From: an uncultured Verrucomicrobiae bacterium
GTDB taxonomy: Bacteria; Verrucomicrobiota; Verrucomicrobiia; Limisphaerales; Palsa-1400
Reading direction: 5' to 3'
DNA length: 64,000 bases
NCBI GenBank assembly: GCA_963707025.1
Contig: CAVPOM010000015.1
Span: 206,118 to 270,117, forward strand
Positions 11,635 to 20,630 of this stretch are shown here, one piece after another. A program made the translations under genes and the position numbers. Below the pieces are notes generated by a model, which searched no databases, was not told the origin of the DNA, and saw nothing but the letters and a program-made list of their open reading frames with translations. The number at the start of each line of letters is the position of its first letter. Positions within the stretch are counted from its first letter, which is position 1.

Positions 11635-12843
11635 ATGAAATCGTTCCTGCGATTTGCCCCGATCCTGGCCGGCACTTTGGCCGCCTCTGCATTTTTGCGC
11701 GCCCAGACGCCTCCGGCCCCCGCCGCGGCCACAAATCATGCCGGACCCGCCATCCAGTTCAACACCGAGAACTACGACTTTGGCAAAATCCTGGCCGGCG
11801 ATCCCGTCAAATATACCTTTGTGGCGACCAACACCGGGGATGACACCCTGGAAATCAGCAACGCCAGGGGATCCTGCGCTTGCACGGTGGTGGGCGAGGG
11901 TTCGGCCAAAAACGCCTGGACCCTGCAAAGAGTTGCGCCCGGCCAAACCTGCCGGATCCCCGTCGAAATCGCCACTTCCAACTACGGCGCCCAGACCATC
12001 GCCAAATTCGTCACCGTGACTTCCAATGCCAAGGCGCGCCCATTGGTCAACCTGCAGATTCACGGCAAGGTCTGGCTGCCCATTGAGGTCAGCCCCGCCG
12101 CGGCGGTTTTCACTCTCGTGCCCGGCGCCGCCACCAGCAACACCCAGGTCCTCAAAATCTTCAATCGGATGGAAAAGCCGCTCACCCTTTCCGACCCGCA
12201 AAGCACCACCAACGCCTTCTCCGCCGTCCTCAAGACCAATCTTGCCGGCCAGGAGTTCGAATTGGCGGTCACGGCGGCGCCCCTTTCCAATCGGCCGCCC
12301 GTTTTCAGCACGACCCTGATTCAAGGGGGAATCTCGCTGAAATCTTCCGCCAGCAATATGAATCCCTTCAAGATCAGCGTTCTGGAGACCATCTACCCGG
12401 AGATCGTGGTTTACCCGGCCAGCATCCAGTTGCCCCCCGGACCGCTGGCCCAGGCCAACACCAACCATGTCACCATTCGCGGCAACTCCACCAATTTGAT
12501 CCTGTCCGACCCCGGCGCGAATGTCCCCGGCGTGGAGATGTCCGTCACTGTGGTCCAGACCAATCGTCAATACTATCTGTCCGTGGTCTTTCCCAAGGGG
12601 TTCGAAGCCCGCACCAACCAGGACCTCGTCCTCACCGTCAAGACCGACCACCCGGGTTTTCCGGTCCTGAGCATCCCGGTCACCCCCATGCAGACCGTCA
12701 TCAACAGCCTGGCGGCCATCCCTCCGCCCAGGCGGACCAACGTTCTTCCGGCCTCCATTCTGGCCAACGTCCCGACGAATTCCCCAGGCGCCCCGGCCCC
12801 ATCGCCCAATCCAGCCTTGCGCGCCAACCCACCTCACCCGTGA
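11635..12843 (+). CDS. Secreted DUF1573-like protein, paralog 2 (tandem duplicate)
   Basis: Colinear with the upstream ORF (FNTENYDFG, TNTGDD, SCACT, VWLPIEV, LTLSDPQS.TNAFSAVLKTNL). Confidence 0.75.
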   Translation: MKSFLRFAPILAGTLAASAFLRAQTPPAPAAATNHAGPAIQFNTENYDFGKILAGDPVKYTFVATNTGDDTLEISNARGSCACTVVGEGSAKNAWTLQRVAPGQTCRIPVEIATSNYGAQTIAKFVTVTSNAKARPLVNLQIHGKVWLPIEVSPAAAVFTLVPGAATSNTQVLKIFNRMEKPLTLSDPQSTTNAFSAVLKTNLAGQEFELAVTAAPLSNRPPVFSTTLIQGGISLKSSASNMNPFKISVLETIYPEIVVYPASIQLPPGPLAQANTNHVTIRGNSTNLILSDPGANVPGVEMSVTVVQTNRQYYLSVVFPKGFEARTNQDLVLTVKTDHPGFPVLSIPVTPMQTVINSLAAIPPPRRTNVLPASILANVPTNSPGAPAPSPNPALRANPPHP

Positions 12844-12895
12844 AGACATTGCTTCTGCCAGACCGGCCGCCAACGGGAACAGGAACCGCCGGATT

Positions 12896-13561
12896 ATGAT
12901 GGATAACCCGGCTCAACCAGCGTCGCGCGGCTGCGGGTGTCAACTGGGCAGGATCCTGCGCGAAGCCGTGATCGTGGGCGCGCTCGGCCTCGGCTTCGCC
13001 TTTTTGGCCAACCAATTCTCCCCGCGCGGCCTCAATCCGGCCAGAAACTACTTTCCCGGCGGCGCCAAGGCTTCCGCCGTGGCGCGGCCCGCCATCGTGC
13101 CGTCCGGAGCCTCAGGCCCGACCAACGCGTCCTCGCCCGCCGCCTTGCTCGCGGCGCGCCTTAAGGAAAATGGGCTGCATCTCCTGGAACGCGCCGGGGT
13201 GGAAAAACTGTTCCACGACCCTCGCCGGCAGCAGGACGCGATTATGTTTATTGACGCGCGCGACGAGGACGAATACCAGGCGGGCCACATCCCGGGCGCC
13301 TTTGAATTCTACCATTACCACCCCGACAAATACCTGGCGGACGTTCTCACGCCCTGCCAGCTCGCCGAGCAAATAATTGTTTACTGCAACGGCGGCGACT
13401 GCGAAGACAGCGAGTCCGCCGCCCTGTTCCTGCGCGACCGGGGCGTCCCCGCCGGGAAACTTTTCATTTATGGCGGCGGCATGACCGAGTGGGAGGCCGC
13501 CCGGCTGCCGGTGGAAAGCGGCCCGCGCAACAGCGGCAACATTCGCAACCCCGCCCCATGA
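12896..13561 (+). CDS. Membrane-anchored rhodanese-like domain protein
   Basis: N-terminal TM helix; FIDARDEDEYQAGHIPGA, IIVYCNGGDCEDS, YGGGMTEW. Confidence 0.85.
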   Translation: MMDNPAQPASRGCGCQLGRILREAVIVGALGLGFAFLANQFSPRGLNPARNYFPGGAKASAVARPAIVPSGASGPTNASSPAALLAARLKENGLHLLERAGVEKLFHDPRRQQDAIMFIDARDEDEYQAGHIPGAFEFYHYHPDKYLADVLTPCQLAEQIIVYCNGGDCEDSESAALFLRDRGVPAGKLFIYGGGMTEWEAARLPVESGPRNSGNIRNPAP

Positions 13562-14094
13562 AACGGCCCCTTCTGCCGGCCGGCTTGACCGCCCTGGACG
13601 CCGCCACCGTGCTGGCCCGCTGGCTCCTGGGCGGGCTTTTCATCTACCTGGGATGGCAGAAGGCGCTGCATCCGGAACTCTTCCTCAAGTTCGTGCGGGA
13701 ATATCACCTGGTGCAGGGTCCCCTGGCCTTGAACTCAATCGCGATCAGCCTGCCCTGGTTCGAGATTTTTTGCGGCCTGCTCCTCCTGGCCGGCGTGGCG
13801 GTGCGCGGCACGGCTTTGCTCCTGGCCGCGATGCTGGCGGTCTTCACCGCCGTCCTCCTGCATCGCGCTCTGGGCCTGCAAGCGGCGCAGGCCATTGCAT
13901 TTTGCGCGGTGAAATTTGACTGCGGCTGCGGCGGCGGGCCGGAGTTGATCTGCGCCAAGCTGCCGGAGAACATTGTCATGTTTGGCGCAAGCGTCTGGCT
14001 GCTGGCCGGGCGTGGCCGCGCTTTTTGCGCGCTTTACACATGGCCCTCGCGCTCCGGCCCGCCGCGCCCGGGTGCGCTTCACTTTTTTGGGTAG
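13558..14094 (+). CDS. MauE/DoxX family membrane protein
   Basis: ARWLLGGLFIYLGWQK, LPWFEIFCGLLLLAG, DCGCGG. Start overlaps the rhodanese stop (ATGA). Confidence 0.85.
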   Translation: MKRPLLPAGLTALDAATVLARWLLGGLFIYLGWQKALHPELFLKFVREYHLVQGPLALNSIAISLPWFEIFCGLLLLAGVAVRGTALLLAAMLAVFTAVLLHRALGLQAAQAIAFCAVKFDCGCGGGPELICAKLPENIVMFGASVWLLAGRGRAFCALYTWPSRSGPPRPGALHFFG

Positions 14095-14105
14095 CGGTTT
14101 CCTGC

Positions 14106-14245
14106 TCCTAATCCTAATCTTAATCTTGATCTTAATCCTGATCCTAACGGAGAGATTAAGATTAAGATTAGGATTAAGATTAAGATTAGGATTAAGATTA
14201 GGATTAAGATTAGGATTAAGATTAGGATTAAGATTAGGATTAAGA
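14106..14245. repeat. Two opposed hexamer arrays, (TCYTRA)7 and (GATTAR)15
   Basis: 14106-14147 reads tcctaa/tcttaa/tcttga/tcctga x7; 14154-14243 reads gattaa/gattag x15. The arrays are mutually complementary. Confidence 0.95.
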
Positions 14246-14255
14246 ACTGACCAAC

Positions 14256-15222
14256 ATGCGAATTCTATCCGGCATCCAACCCTCGGGCGCGCTCCACCTG
14301 GGCAATTATTTCGGGATGATGAAGCCGGCCATCGAACTGCAGGAGCAGGGCGAGGCCTTTTATTTCATCGCCAACTACCATTCCATGACCTCGCTCCTGG
14401 ACCCGGCCCAACGCCGGCAAAACACCCTCGACGTGGCCCTGGATTTCCTGGCCTGCGGGCTGGACCCGGCCAAGGCGATCTTGTTCCGCCAATCCGATGT
14501 CCCGGCCGTCACCGAACTGGCCTGGATACTGACCACCGTGACCCCCATGGGCTGGCTGGAACGATGCACCAGCTACAAGGACAAATTGGCCCGCGGCCTT
14601 TCCCCCTATCACGGCCTGTTCGCCTATCCGGTGCTCATGGCCGCCGATATTTTGATTTACGATTCCAACCTCGTTCCCGTGGGCCGCGACCAGAAGCAGC
14701 ACGTCGAAATCACCCGCGACATCGCCATCAAATTCAACGAAGCCTACGGCCGGACCTTCGTCGTGCCCGAACCCCGCATCCGCGGCGAGACGGCCGTGGT
14801 GCCCGGCTGCGACGGCCAGAAAATGAGCAAAAGCTATGGCAACACCATTGAGATCTTTGGCGACGAAAAGCCGCAGCGCAAAAAAATCATGAGCCTGGTC
14901 ATGGACAGCCGTTCCCCGCAGGAACCCAAACCGGACGCGGAAAAAAACCTGGCCATTCAATTGCTCAAACTGGTGGCGCTGCCTGGCGGTGTCGGCTGAT
15001 TTTGAAGACCGGCTGCGCGCCGGCGGCCTGGGTTATGGCGACTTAAAAAAGGCGCTCTTCGAGCACTACTGGAATTATTTTGCGGCCGCGCGCACCCGGC
15101 GGGCCGAGTTGGCCGCCAACGTGGATTTTGTCGAAAAAGTGCTGCGCGACAGCGCCCTCAAAGCCGGAGGTGTGGCGGCAAAAGTCCTGCAGCGCGCCCG
15201 CCTGGCATGCGGTCTGGATTAA
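14256..15222 (+). CDS. trpS: Tryptophanyl-tRNA synthetase; frameshift near 14985
   Basis: LSGIQPSGALHLGNY (HIGH), YPVLMAADIL, VPVGRDQKQH, KMSKS. C-terminus GYGDLKKALFE lies in ORF 14989-15222. Confidence 0.93.
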
Positions 15223-15278
15223 TAACTTTTTTTAGGCGCGCCCCCCGCGGGGAAGTCCGGAGTCTTGGGCTTCCGTTT

Positions 15279-17657
15279 TCATGAAGGCACGCCGCGCCGG
15301 TCCGCAACATCCGCCATCATTGTTTGGGCCGCTGCGCCTCCGTCAAAAAGGGACGGCACCCTGGGGATGCAGAGAGGAGGGTCGGCCTGCGGGAAATGGG
15401 CCGGGATACTCACGGCCTGGGGCGCGCTTTTGATCCATCCCATGGCTTCGCGCAGGAGAATCCGGGCTGTGACCCAGTTAAACCAGTATCCCTCCGCCAG
15501 GCCGCCGGCGGTCAGCCCGGCGTGGAATTTGGCTTCGACCAAGGCCCGGCCTTGTTTGAGTTCGGCCAGCGCCTCCCCGGCGTTGCCGAGACGTTGCTGA
15601 CACAGGGCCAGGATCATGTGGACGGTGGCGATCCTGGCCAGATCGGTGTCGGCCCGCGGCAAAGACCGGCACTGCTGGGCCGCCTCGGCCCAATGGCCCT
15701 GGCGATATTCCAGCAACGCCAGGGAAACCAATTTCCAAGGCGCCGCAAGGCTGGAATTGGTGTCAGCATCGCTGCCGGCAAGGGATTTCACCACGATCTG
15801 AGCGGGCCCCTGCAGGGATTGCAAGGTTTCCGGATTGGCCGGCAGGAGCAGGCTGCTGCGGATGAGCCGTTCCGCCGCCAGCGGATCCCGGGTGCTGGCA
15901 AAACGGAGGATCGCCTGCTGGCGAATTACCCCGTAGGCCATGGAGCCGTGCGGACCGGCGGATTCGATCAGGGAGACGCCCGCCTCCAGCAAATCCCAGA
16001 TCGCCGCCCGCGAGTTATAGTTCCGGCTGTACTGGTTGACTTGCAGAAGTCCTCCAAAAAAACTGGCCGCGTCCTTCCACTGTTCATGGATGGCATACCA
16101 GGCGCCGAGGTCGCGGTAAACCTGGGCGGTTTGCAGGGAAGGAGACAGGGCGGCGCCCGGTGGAATCCTTTGCACCAAGGCCGCCGCCTCGGGGAACTTG
16201 CCCGCATCCAACTCCAAGGCTGCCTTCTCGATATTTTGCATGGCTTCATCCTTGGCGCGCAAGTCTTGTTCGGCCTTCTTTTCCCGTTCGGCTTCCTGGC
16301 GGGCGGCCCGTTCCTGGAAATAGAACACGGTGGAGAGGCTCAGCCCCAGGCACAAGGTCGCCAGGACCGCCGCGCCGGCGGCGAACATCCCCTGGTTGCG
16401 CCGGACCAATTTTTGCAACAGGTACATCCGCCCGGGCGGACAGGCCAGCACCGCCTCGCCATTGAGGTAGCGCTGGATGTCCAAGGCCACCTCGTGGGCC
16501 GTCTCATAGCGCCGCGCGCGGTCCTTCTCCAGCGCTTTCATGACAATCCAGTCCAGATCGCCCCGCGCCAGTCCGATGAGCCGGTCCGGCTCGATCCCGC
16601 GCCGCTGGGCGACCGCCGCCAGGTCAACCGCCGGCAGGGCGCCGAGCATGGTGGAGGGCCGGGGCGGCTCCTTTTCCCGCAGCGTGCGCTGCAGTTCCTC
16701 CATGCCGGACTTGACCAGTTCCTTGCCATCGAAAGGCGTATGGCCGGTCAGCAGTTCGTAGAGCAGAACACCCAGACTGTAAATGTCGCTGCGCGTGTCA
16801 ATGTCCATGCCATCCATCTGCGCCTGTTCGGGGCTCATATAGGCGGGAGTGCCGATGAATTGTTCGCAGGCGGTGAACACGGTGTTGTCGGCCAAGCGCT
16901 CGCCGGTGATGGCCTTGGCCACCCCAAAATCAATGACCTTGGGCATCGGCGTCCCATCCTGCGATGTGACCAATATGTTTGACGGCTTAATGTCCCGGTG
17001 GATGATGCCTTTCTGGTGGGCGTGCTGCACGGCGTGGCAAATCAGGATGAACAATTCCAGGCGGCGGCGGATGTCCAGATTTTGCTGATCGCAGTAATCG
17101 GTGATCCTCTCTCCCCGCACCAGTTCCATGACGAAAAAAGGCCGGCCCGTCTCGGTGGCGCCCGCGTCGAGCGCGCGCGCGATGTTGGGGTGGTCCATCA
17201 AAGCCAGCGCCTGGCGCTCCGCGCCAAAGCGGGCAATGAGATTTTTGGTGTCCATGCCCAGCTTGATGATCTTGAGGGCCACCCTCCGCCGCACCGGCTC
17301 CTCCTGTTCGGCCAGATAGACGATGCCGCACCCGCCTTCCCCGATCTTTTGCAAAAGTCTATAATGCCCGATGCGCGCCCCAAGGCGTTCGTCCTCGGGC
17401 AGCTTGACCCGGCTGTCCCCGGCCAGGGCCCCGCCGTTGCCCCACTGGAGGGCCTCGGCGGAAATCTTGAGGGCCGATGCGCCCTCCGCGAAGAACCGCT
17501 CCGCCTCGGCCTGGGCGGACAGCATCTTCTCCACGCCGGCGCGCAACTCGGCATCGCCCACGCAGGCCTGATCCAGGAAGATCTTGCGCTCGCCGGCATC
17601 CTGCACCCGCAGCGCCGCCTCATAAACCAAATCTTCCCATTGTGACGCGGCCTTCAT
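15279..17657 (-). CDS. Hanks-type Ser/Thr protein kinase with TM segment and TPR-like C-terminus
   Basis: IGEGGCGIVYLA, VALKIIK, HRDIKPSN, IDFGVAK, GTPAYMSPEQ, DIYSLG. Confidence 0.93.
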   Translation of the reverse strand: MKAASQWEDLVYEAALRVQDAGERKIFLDQACVGDAELRAGVEKMLSAQAEAERFFAEGASALKISAEALQWGNGGALAGDSRVKLPEDERLGARIGHYRLLQKIGEGGCGIVYLAEQEEPVRRRVALKIIKLGMDTKNLIARFGAERQALALMDHPNIARALDAGATETGRPFFVMELVRGERITDYCDQQNLDIRRRLELFILICHAVQHAHQKGIIHRDIKPSNILVTSQDGTPMPKVIDFGVAKAITGERLADNTVFTACEQFIGTPAYMSPEQAQMDGMDIDTRSDIYSLGVLLYELLTGHTPFDGKELVKSGMEELQRTLREKEPPRPSTMLGALPAVDLAAVAQRRGIEPDRLIGLARGDLDWIVMKALEKDRARRYETAHEVALDIQRYLNGEAVLACPPGRMYLLQKLVRRNQGMFAAGAAVLATLCLGLSLSTVFYFQERAARQEAEREKKAEQDLRAKDEAMQNIEKAALELDAGKFPEAAALVQRIPPGAALSPSLQTAQVYRDLGAWYAIHEQWKDAASFFGGLLQVNQYSRNYNSRAAIWDLLEAGVSLIESAGPHGSMAYGVIRQQAILRFASTRDPLAAERLIRSSLLLPANPETLQSLQGPAQIVVKSLAGSDADTNSSLAAPWKLVSLALLEYRQGHWAEAAQQCRSLPRADTDLARIATVHMILALCQQRLGNAGEALAELKQGRALVEAKFHAGLTAGGLAEGYWFNWVTARILLREAMGWIKSAPQAVSIPAHFPQADPPLCIPRVPSLFDGGAAAQTMMADVADRRGVPS

Positions 17658-17720
17658 GGTTCAAAGATGCATGTCATTTCACGCGCTGGCAAGGCGGACG
17701 GTTCACCGTCTCACCCTGCC

Positions 17721-18278
17721 TCATTTTTGTTCTTGAATCCAGCGGAACAGCCTGGCCTTGGCGCAAGCCCACTGGCGGTCCACCGTTCGCTCACTGATTC
17801 CCATGCTCTCGGCCACCTCCTGGTTGGTCAACCCGCCGAAAAATTTCATCACCACAATGCGCGCCTTTTCCGGGTCCTCCCTTTCCAGCCGTTCCAACGC
17901 GTCATTAATCAGCAACACATCCTCTTCCGGCGCTTTTTCCGCCACCTGCACCTTGTCAATGTCCACCCGCATCTGGCCGCCGCCGTGCTTGAGCCGGGCT
18001 TTGCGGCGGGCGTTATCAATGAGGATGCGCCGCATGGCATCGGCCGCCGCGCCGAAAAAATGGGCGCGATTCTGCCAATGGCGGTCCCCGTTGCCCACCA
18101 ACTGGAGCCAGGCCTCATGCACCAAAACCGTCGCTTGAATCGTCTGACCCGGCCCCTCGCGGGCCATGCGGGCCGCCGCCAGCCGGCGCAGCTCCTCATA
18201 GACCAGCGGCATCAACTCCTCCGACGCGCCTCCTTCGCCGCGGTCCATGGATTGCAGCACCAGTGTGATCTCGTTCAT
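17721..18278 (-). CDS. ECF sigma factor of the kinase-associated type common in Planctomycetes/Verrucomicrobia
   Basis: LMPLVYEELRRLAA, QATVLVHEAWLQL, HFFGAAADAMRRILIDNARRK, GISERTVDRQW; directly upstream of the kinase. Confidence 0.9.
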   Translation of the reverse strand: MNEITLVLQSMDRGEGGASEELMPLVYEELRRLAAARMAREGPGQTIQATVLVHEAWLQLVGNGDRHWQNRAHFFGAAADAMRRILIDNARRKARLKHGGGQMRVDIDKVQVAEKAPEEDVLLINDALERLEREDPEKARIVVMKFFGGLTNQEVAESMGISERTVDRQWACAKARLFRWIQEQK

Positions 18279-18591
18279 GCTAGATAGGAACATACACCGT
18301 TCCCAGTCCGCTGGCGAAACCTGAATTGACCGTCGGGCCCGGCGCAGGCGGGTTCCGTCTGTTTGGAACTGAAAACAACTGGCGGGTTTTGAACTGCCAA
18401 CGCCGAGGCGGATGGGGTAATGGAGTGATGGAGTCATGGGCATGGTGGCTCCAAAAACAGACTTGCTTTTATGGTTTGACCGGTTTGACCAAGCCTGACC
18501 GGGCAAGATTGGGCAAGGGCAGCGCGGAGCGTAAATGGTTCATGGAAAGTCACTTGGCTCGATTTGTTGTAAAAGGCTGCATCCTTCGCCA

Positions 18592-18690
18592 AGCCTACGG
18601 AGGACAGGTCCTCCGTTGCCTGGCCTGCGGAAGACAGGTCCTCCGTGGCTTGGCCTGCGGAGGACAGGCCCGCCATCGCCAAGCTTCCGC
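18592..18690. repeat. Three tandem ~30-bp repeats (GCCTRCGGARGACAGG core)
   Basis: gcctacggaggacaggtcctccgttgcctg / gcctgcggaagacaggtcctccgtggcttg / gcctgcggaggacaggcccgccatcgccaa. An inverted single copy lies at about 50757-50773. Confidence 0.8.
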
Positions 18691-19089
18691 CGTCGTTAAA
18701 ACCATGGCGGACAAGATGGCAGGACAAGCCGGCGCGGCCTTGCAGCATCTCCCGGAACTGCCGGAAGCTCCTTTTCCGGCCCTGCCCAAGCCTGTCCTCC
18801 TCTTTTGACATTGCCCTTCTCACTGAGGAAAGATTAGAGTTTAAGGGCCTGGCGGTCAAAGGAAAAATGCGGATTTTTGCAAGGCGCCAGGCATGGGTGG
18901 CAGGGCGCGTCCCGAAATATCGGGACCCGGCGCACGACGGCAGCGCGACGTTGATTCTTCGTTATTTCAACCCCACGCCCCGGTTTGGGCTTGAACCGCA
19001 ATCCCATGACGAGCTGGATCAAGCCCGGTTGTGGTCTGCCAGGGAAATCCAGAAAACGATCCACCCACGAACAAGGAGGGCCGGTGAAT

Positions 19090-19509
19090 TCAGGGCCAGA
19101 CCACATTTGCCGCCAATCCCTGGAAGTGGCGCGTGTTGCGTGTGATAAGTTGGTTGGACTTCGCCTTATTCGATACCAGGGCGTGCCAATAGTCATAAAC
19201 CCGCGCTCCTTGGACGCCATGGCGCTGGGCCTTGTCCAGGCCGTTCAACGCTTCATCTTTGGTCAACTCCTCAAAATCAAGCTTGTCCGCGAATTCTCTC
19301 AACCAGGTCGCGCATTCATTTTGAGTGAACACCATCCGGTCGGTATTTCCGGCTTCGTCGGTAATCTCGACGCCGCGTCCCGTCATGGTGGCAAAGAATT
19401 CAGCCAGAAGATGCAAGCGGGCCACATGCTCTCCCTTGTCCAGCCGCCGAAAGACTTCAGGCGAGAGGGCGGCGTTGATGGCCGCCGATGTGTCCCAATA
19501 GGTCCTCAT
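19090..19509 (-). CDS. vapC: PIN-domain (VapC-like) toxin
   Basis: YWDTSAAI (PIN N-terminal Asp), LAEFF, VYDYWHAL, LITRNTRHF. Confidence 0.85.
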   Translation of the reverse strand: MRTYWDTSAAINAALSPEVFRRLDKGEHVARLHLLAEFFATMTGRGVEITDEAGNTDRMVFTQNECATWLREFADKLDFEELTKDEALNGLDKAQRHGVQGARVYDYWHALVSNKAKSNQLITRNTRHFQGLAANVVWP

Positions 19510-19763
19510 GAACGGCTATCCTGCTCCTCGGTCACCGCCTTGCCGATAGCTTCCGGGTCGAGCCTGTACCCGGTGGGAACCTGGAAAAACAGCCCTCCTC
19601 CCCGTTTGACCAGTTTGGCAACCACCCGCCTCGGTCCCGGTTTCGGGATCACTGGAACCAGTTTTATCGTCCCGTCCAAGTTCGGTTCGTATGCGAAAAC
19701 CTGTCCCGCCTTCGCTTTTGGGAGTCGAACCCGCTGCCGGTCATCCACAGTCAGTGTCTTCAT
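19506..19763 (-). CDS. Putative AbrB/VapB-like antitoxin
   Basis: 85 aa, MKTLTVDDRQRVRLPKAK...DGTIKLVP; stop overlaps the vapC start (ATGA). Confidence 0.7.
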   Translation of the reverse strand: MKTLTVDDRQRVRLPKAKAGQVFAYEPNLDGTIKLVPVIPKPGPRRVVAKLVKRGGGLFFQVPTGYRLDPEAIGKAVTEEQDSRS

Positions 19764-19836
19764 GTTATGGGGAAATTCCCACAAGACATGGCTTGATTCA
19801 AGTTTTTTGTGTACGAAGAAGGAGGGCCAGTGAAGT

Positions 19837-19915
19837 CGGTAGGGCGAGACTCCGTCGAGGCGAAACTCGATTTACTGGGGAAAAGTCACGGCTCGAACGG
19901 AGTCTCGCCCTACCG
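19837..19915. repeat. GTAG-type REP/REPIN-like palindrome
   Basis: Perfect 19-bp IR CGGTAGGGCGAGACTCCGT (19837-19855 / 19897-19915). A related copy lies at 50163-50246. Confidence 0.8.
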
Positions 19916-19962
19916 TGATATGAAGCAGAGGAAACAGAGTTCTTCTTTCTCCGTTCTCTGTT

Positions 19963-20016
19963 CTGCACCATGCCCAAGTCCACCAGCCAGATTTCACCGC
20001 GCCGGGCGGAGGGCAT
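19963..20016 (-). pseudogene. Truncated MazF/PemK-like toxin (first ~18 codons only)
   Basis: MPSARRGEIWLVDLGMVQ matches the MazF/PemK start 'RGEIWLVDL'. It is coupled to the upstream small ORF by TAATG and then runs into repeat DNA. Confidence 0.7.
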
Positions 20017-20171
20017 TAAGAGCCTGCCTCCTCCTCTTTATCGTAAAGAGAGAAGATTTCGGCGGAAGCATTGACCATTTGCTGATACTCATCCAGCCAG
20101 GCCGCCAGTTCGTTCACCTCAGCAGGCGAAAGCCGCTCAATAGCCGATTCAATCTCTGCGATGGCCGTCAT
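20016..20171 (-). CDS. Small putative antitoxin (51 aa)
   Basis: Manual translation MTAIAEIESAIERLSPAEVNELAAWLDEYQQMVNASAEIFSLYDKEEEAGS; acidic and coupled to the mazF fragment. Confidence 0.6.
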   Translation of the reverse strand: MTAIAEIESAIERLSPAEVNELAAWLDEYQQMVNASAEIFSLYDKEEEAGS

Positions 20172-20279
20172 CGTGGAACGATACATCATCCCCCATGGGG
20201 GAGCAAGCCGGGAACCGCCAGGGGCCGGGACGGTTTTCAGAGTTGATTTTTTGGGGGAAACAAGACGAAACTATGGCCG

Positions 20280-20477
20280 ATGAGTGCCGCCGAAACGACA
20301 GCGGAAGTTTTTGTGACCGCCTTCAAATCGTTGAACCGCCGCCAGCGCGAAGCGGTTCTGGAACGAATGCTGGCGGACGCGGAGCTTTCGGAAGATCTGG
20401 CTGACACGGTGGCCTTGGAAGCGCGGCGGCAGGAGCGGCGTCATTCCTTCCGTCAAACTTTGAGGGAACTGAGATGA
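20280..20477 (+). CDS. Small antitoxin-like protein with no partner toxin
   Basis: 65 aa helical protein (AFKSLNRRQREAVLERML...EDLADTVALEARRQE) within a TA cluster. Confidence 0.5.
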   Translation: MSAAETTAEVFVTAFKSLNRRQREAVLERMLADAELSEDLADTVALEARRQERRHSFRQTLRELR

Positions 20478-20521
20478 TATACCGTTTCCAGTTTGTAACT
20501 GCACTATTGCCAAGGCGATTT

Positions 20522-20545
20522 GCGGCGGTCGCAGACCGCCGCTAC
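20522..20545. repeat. REP-like hairpin
   Basis: GCGGCGGTC-GCA-GACCGCCGC followed by TAC (GTAG on the minus strand). Confidence 0.65.
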
Positions 20546-20630
20546 AGTGCAAAAGCAAACCGGAAAAGGTAATAGTCATTGAACTGAGCATGCCGGATGA
20601 AGTTTACGAGAAGCTGGAAAACCTGGCGTC

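Noticed and set aside
13973..14255. ORF with poly-IL/RLGL repeats, or a trpS leader peptide
   Set aside because: An artefact of translating the hexamer arrays; no Trp-rich leader or T-box.
18592..18690. CRISPR-like array
   Set aside because: Only three directly abutting ~30-bp units, with no unique spacers and no cas genes.
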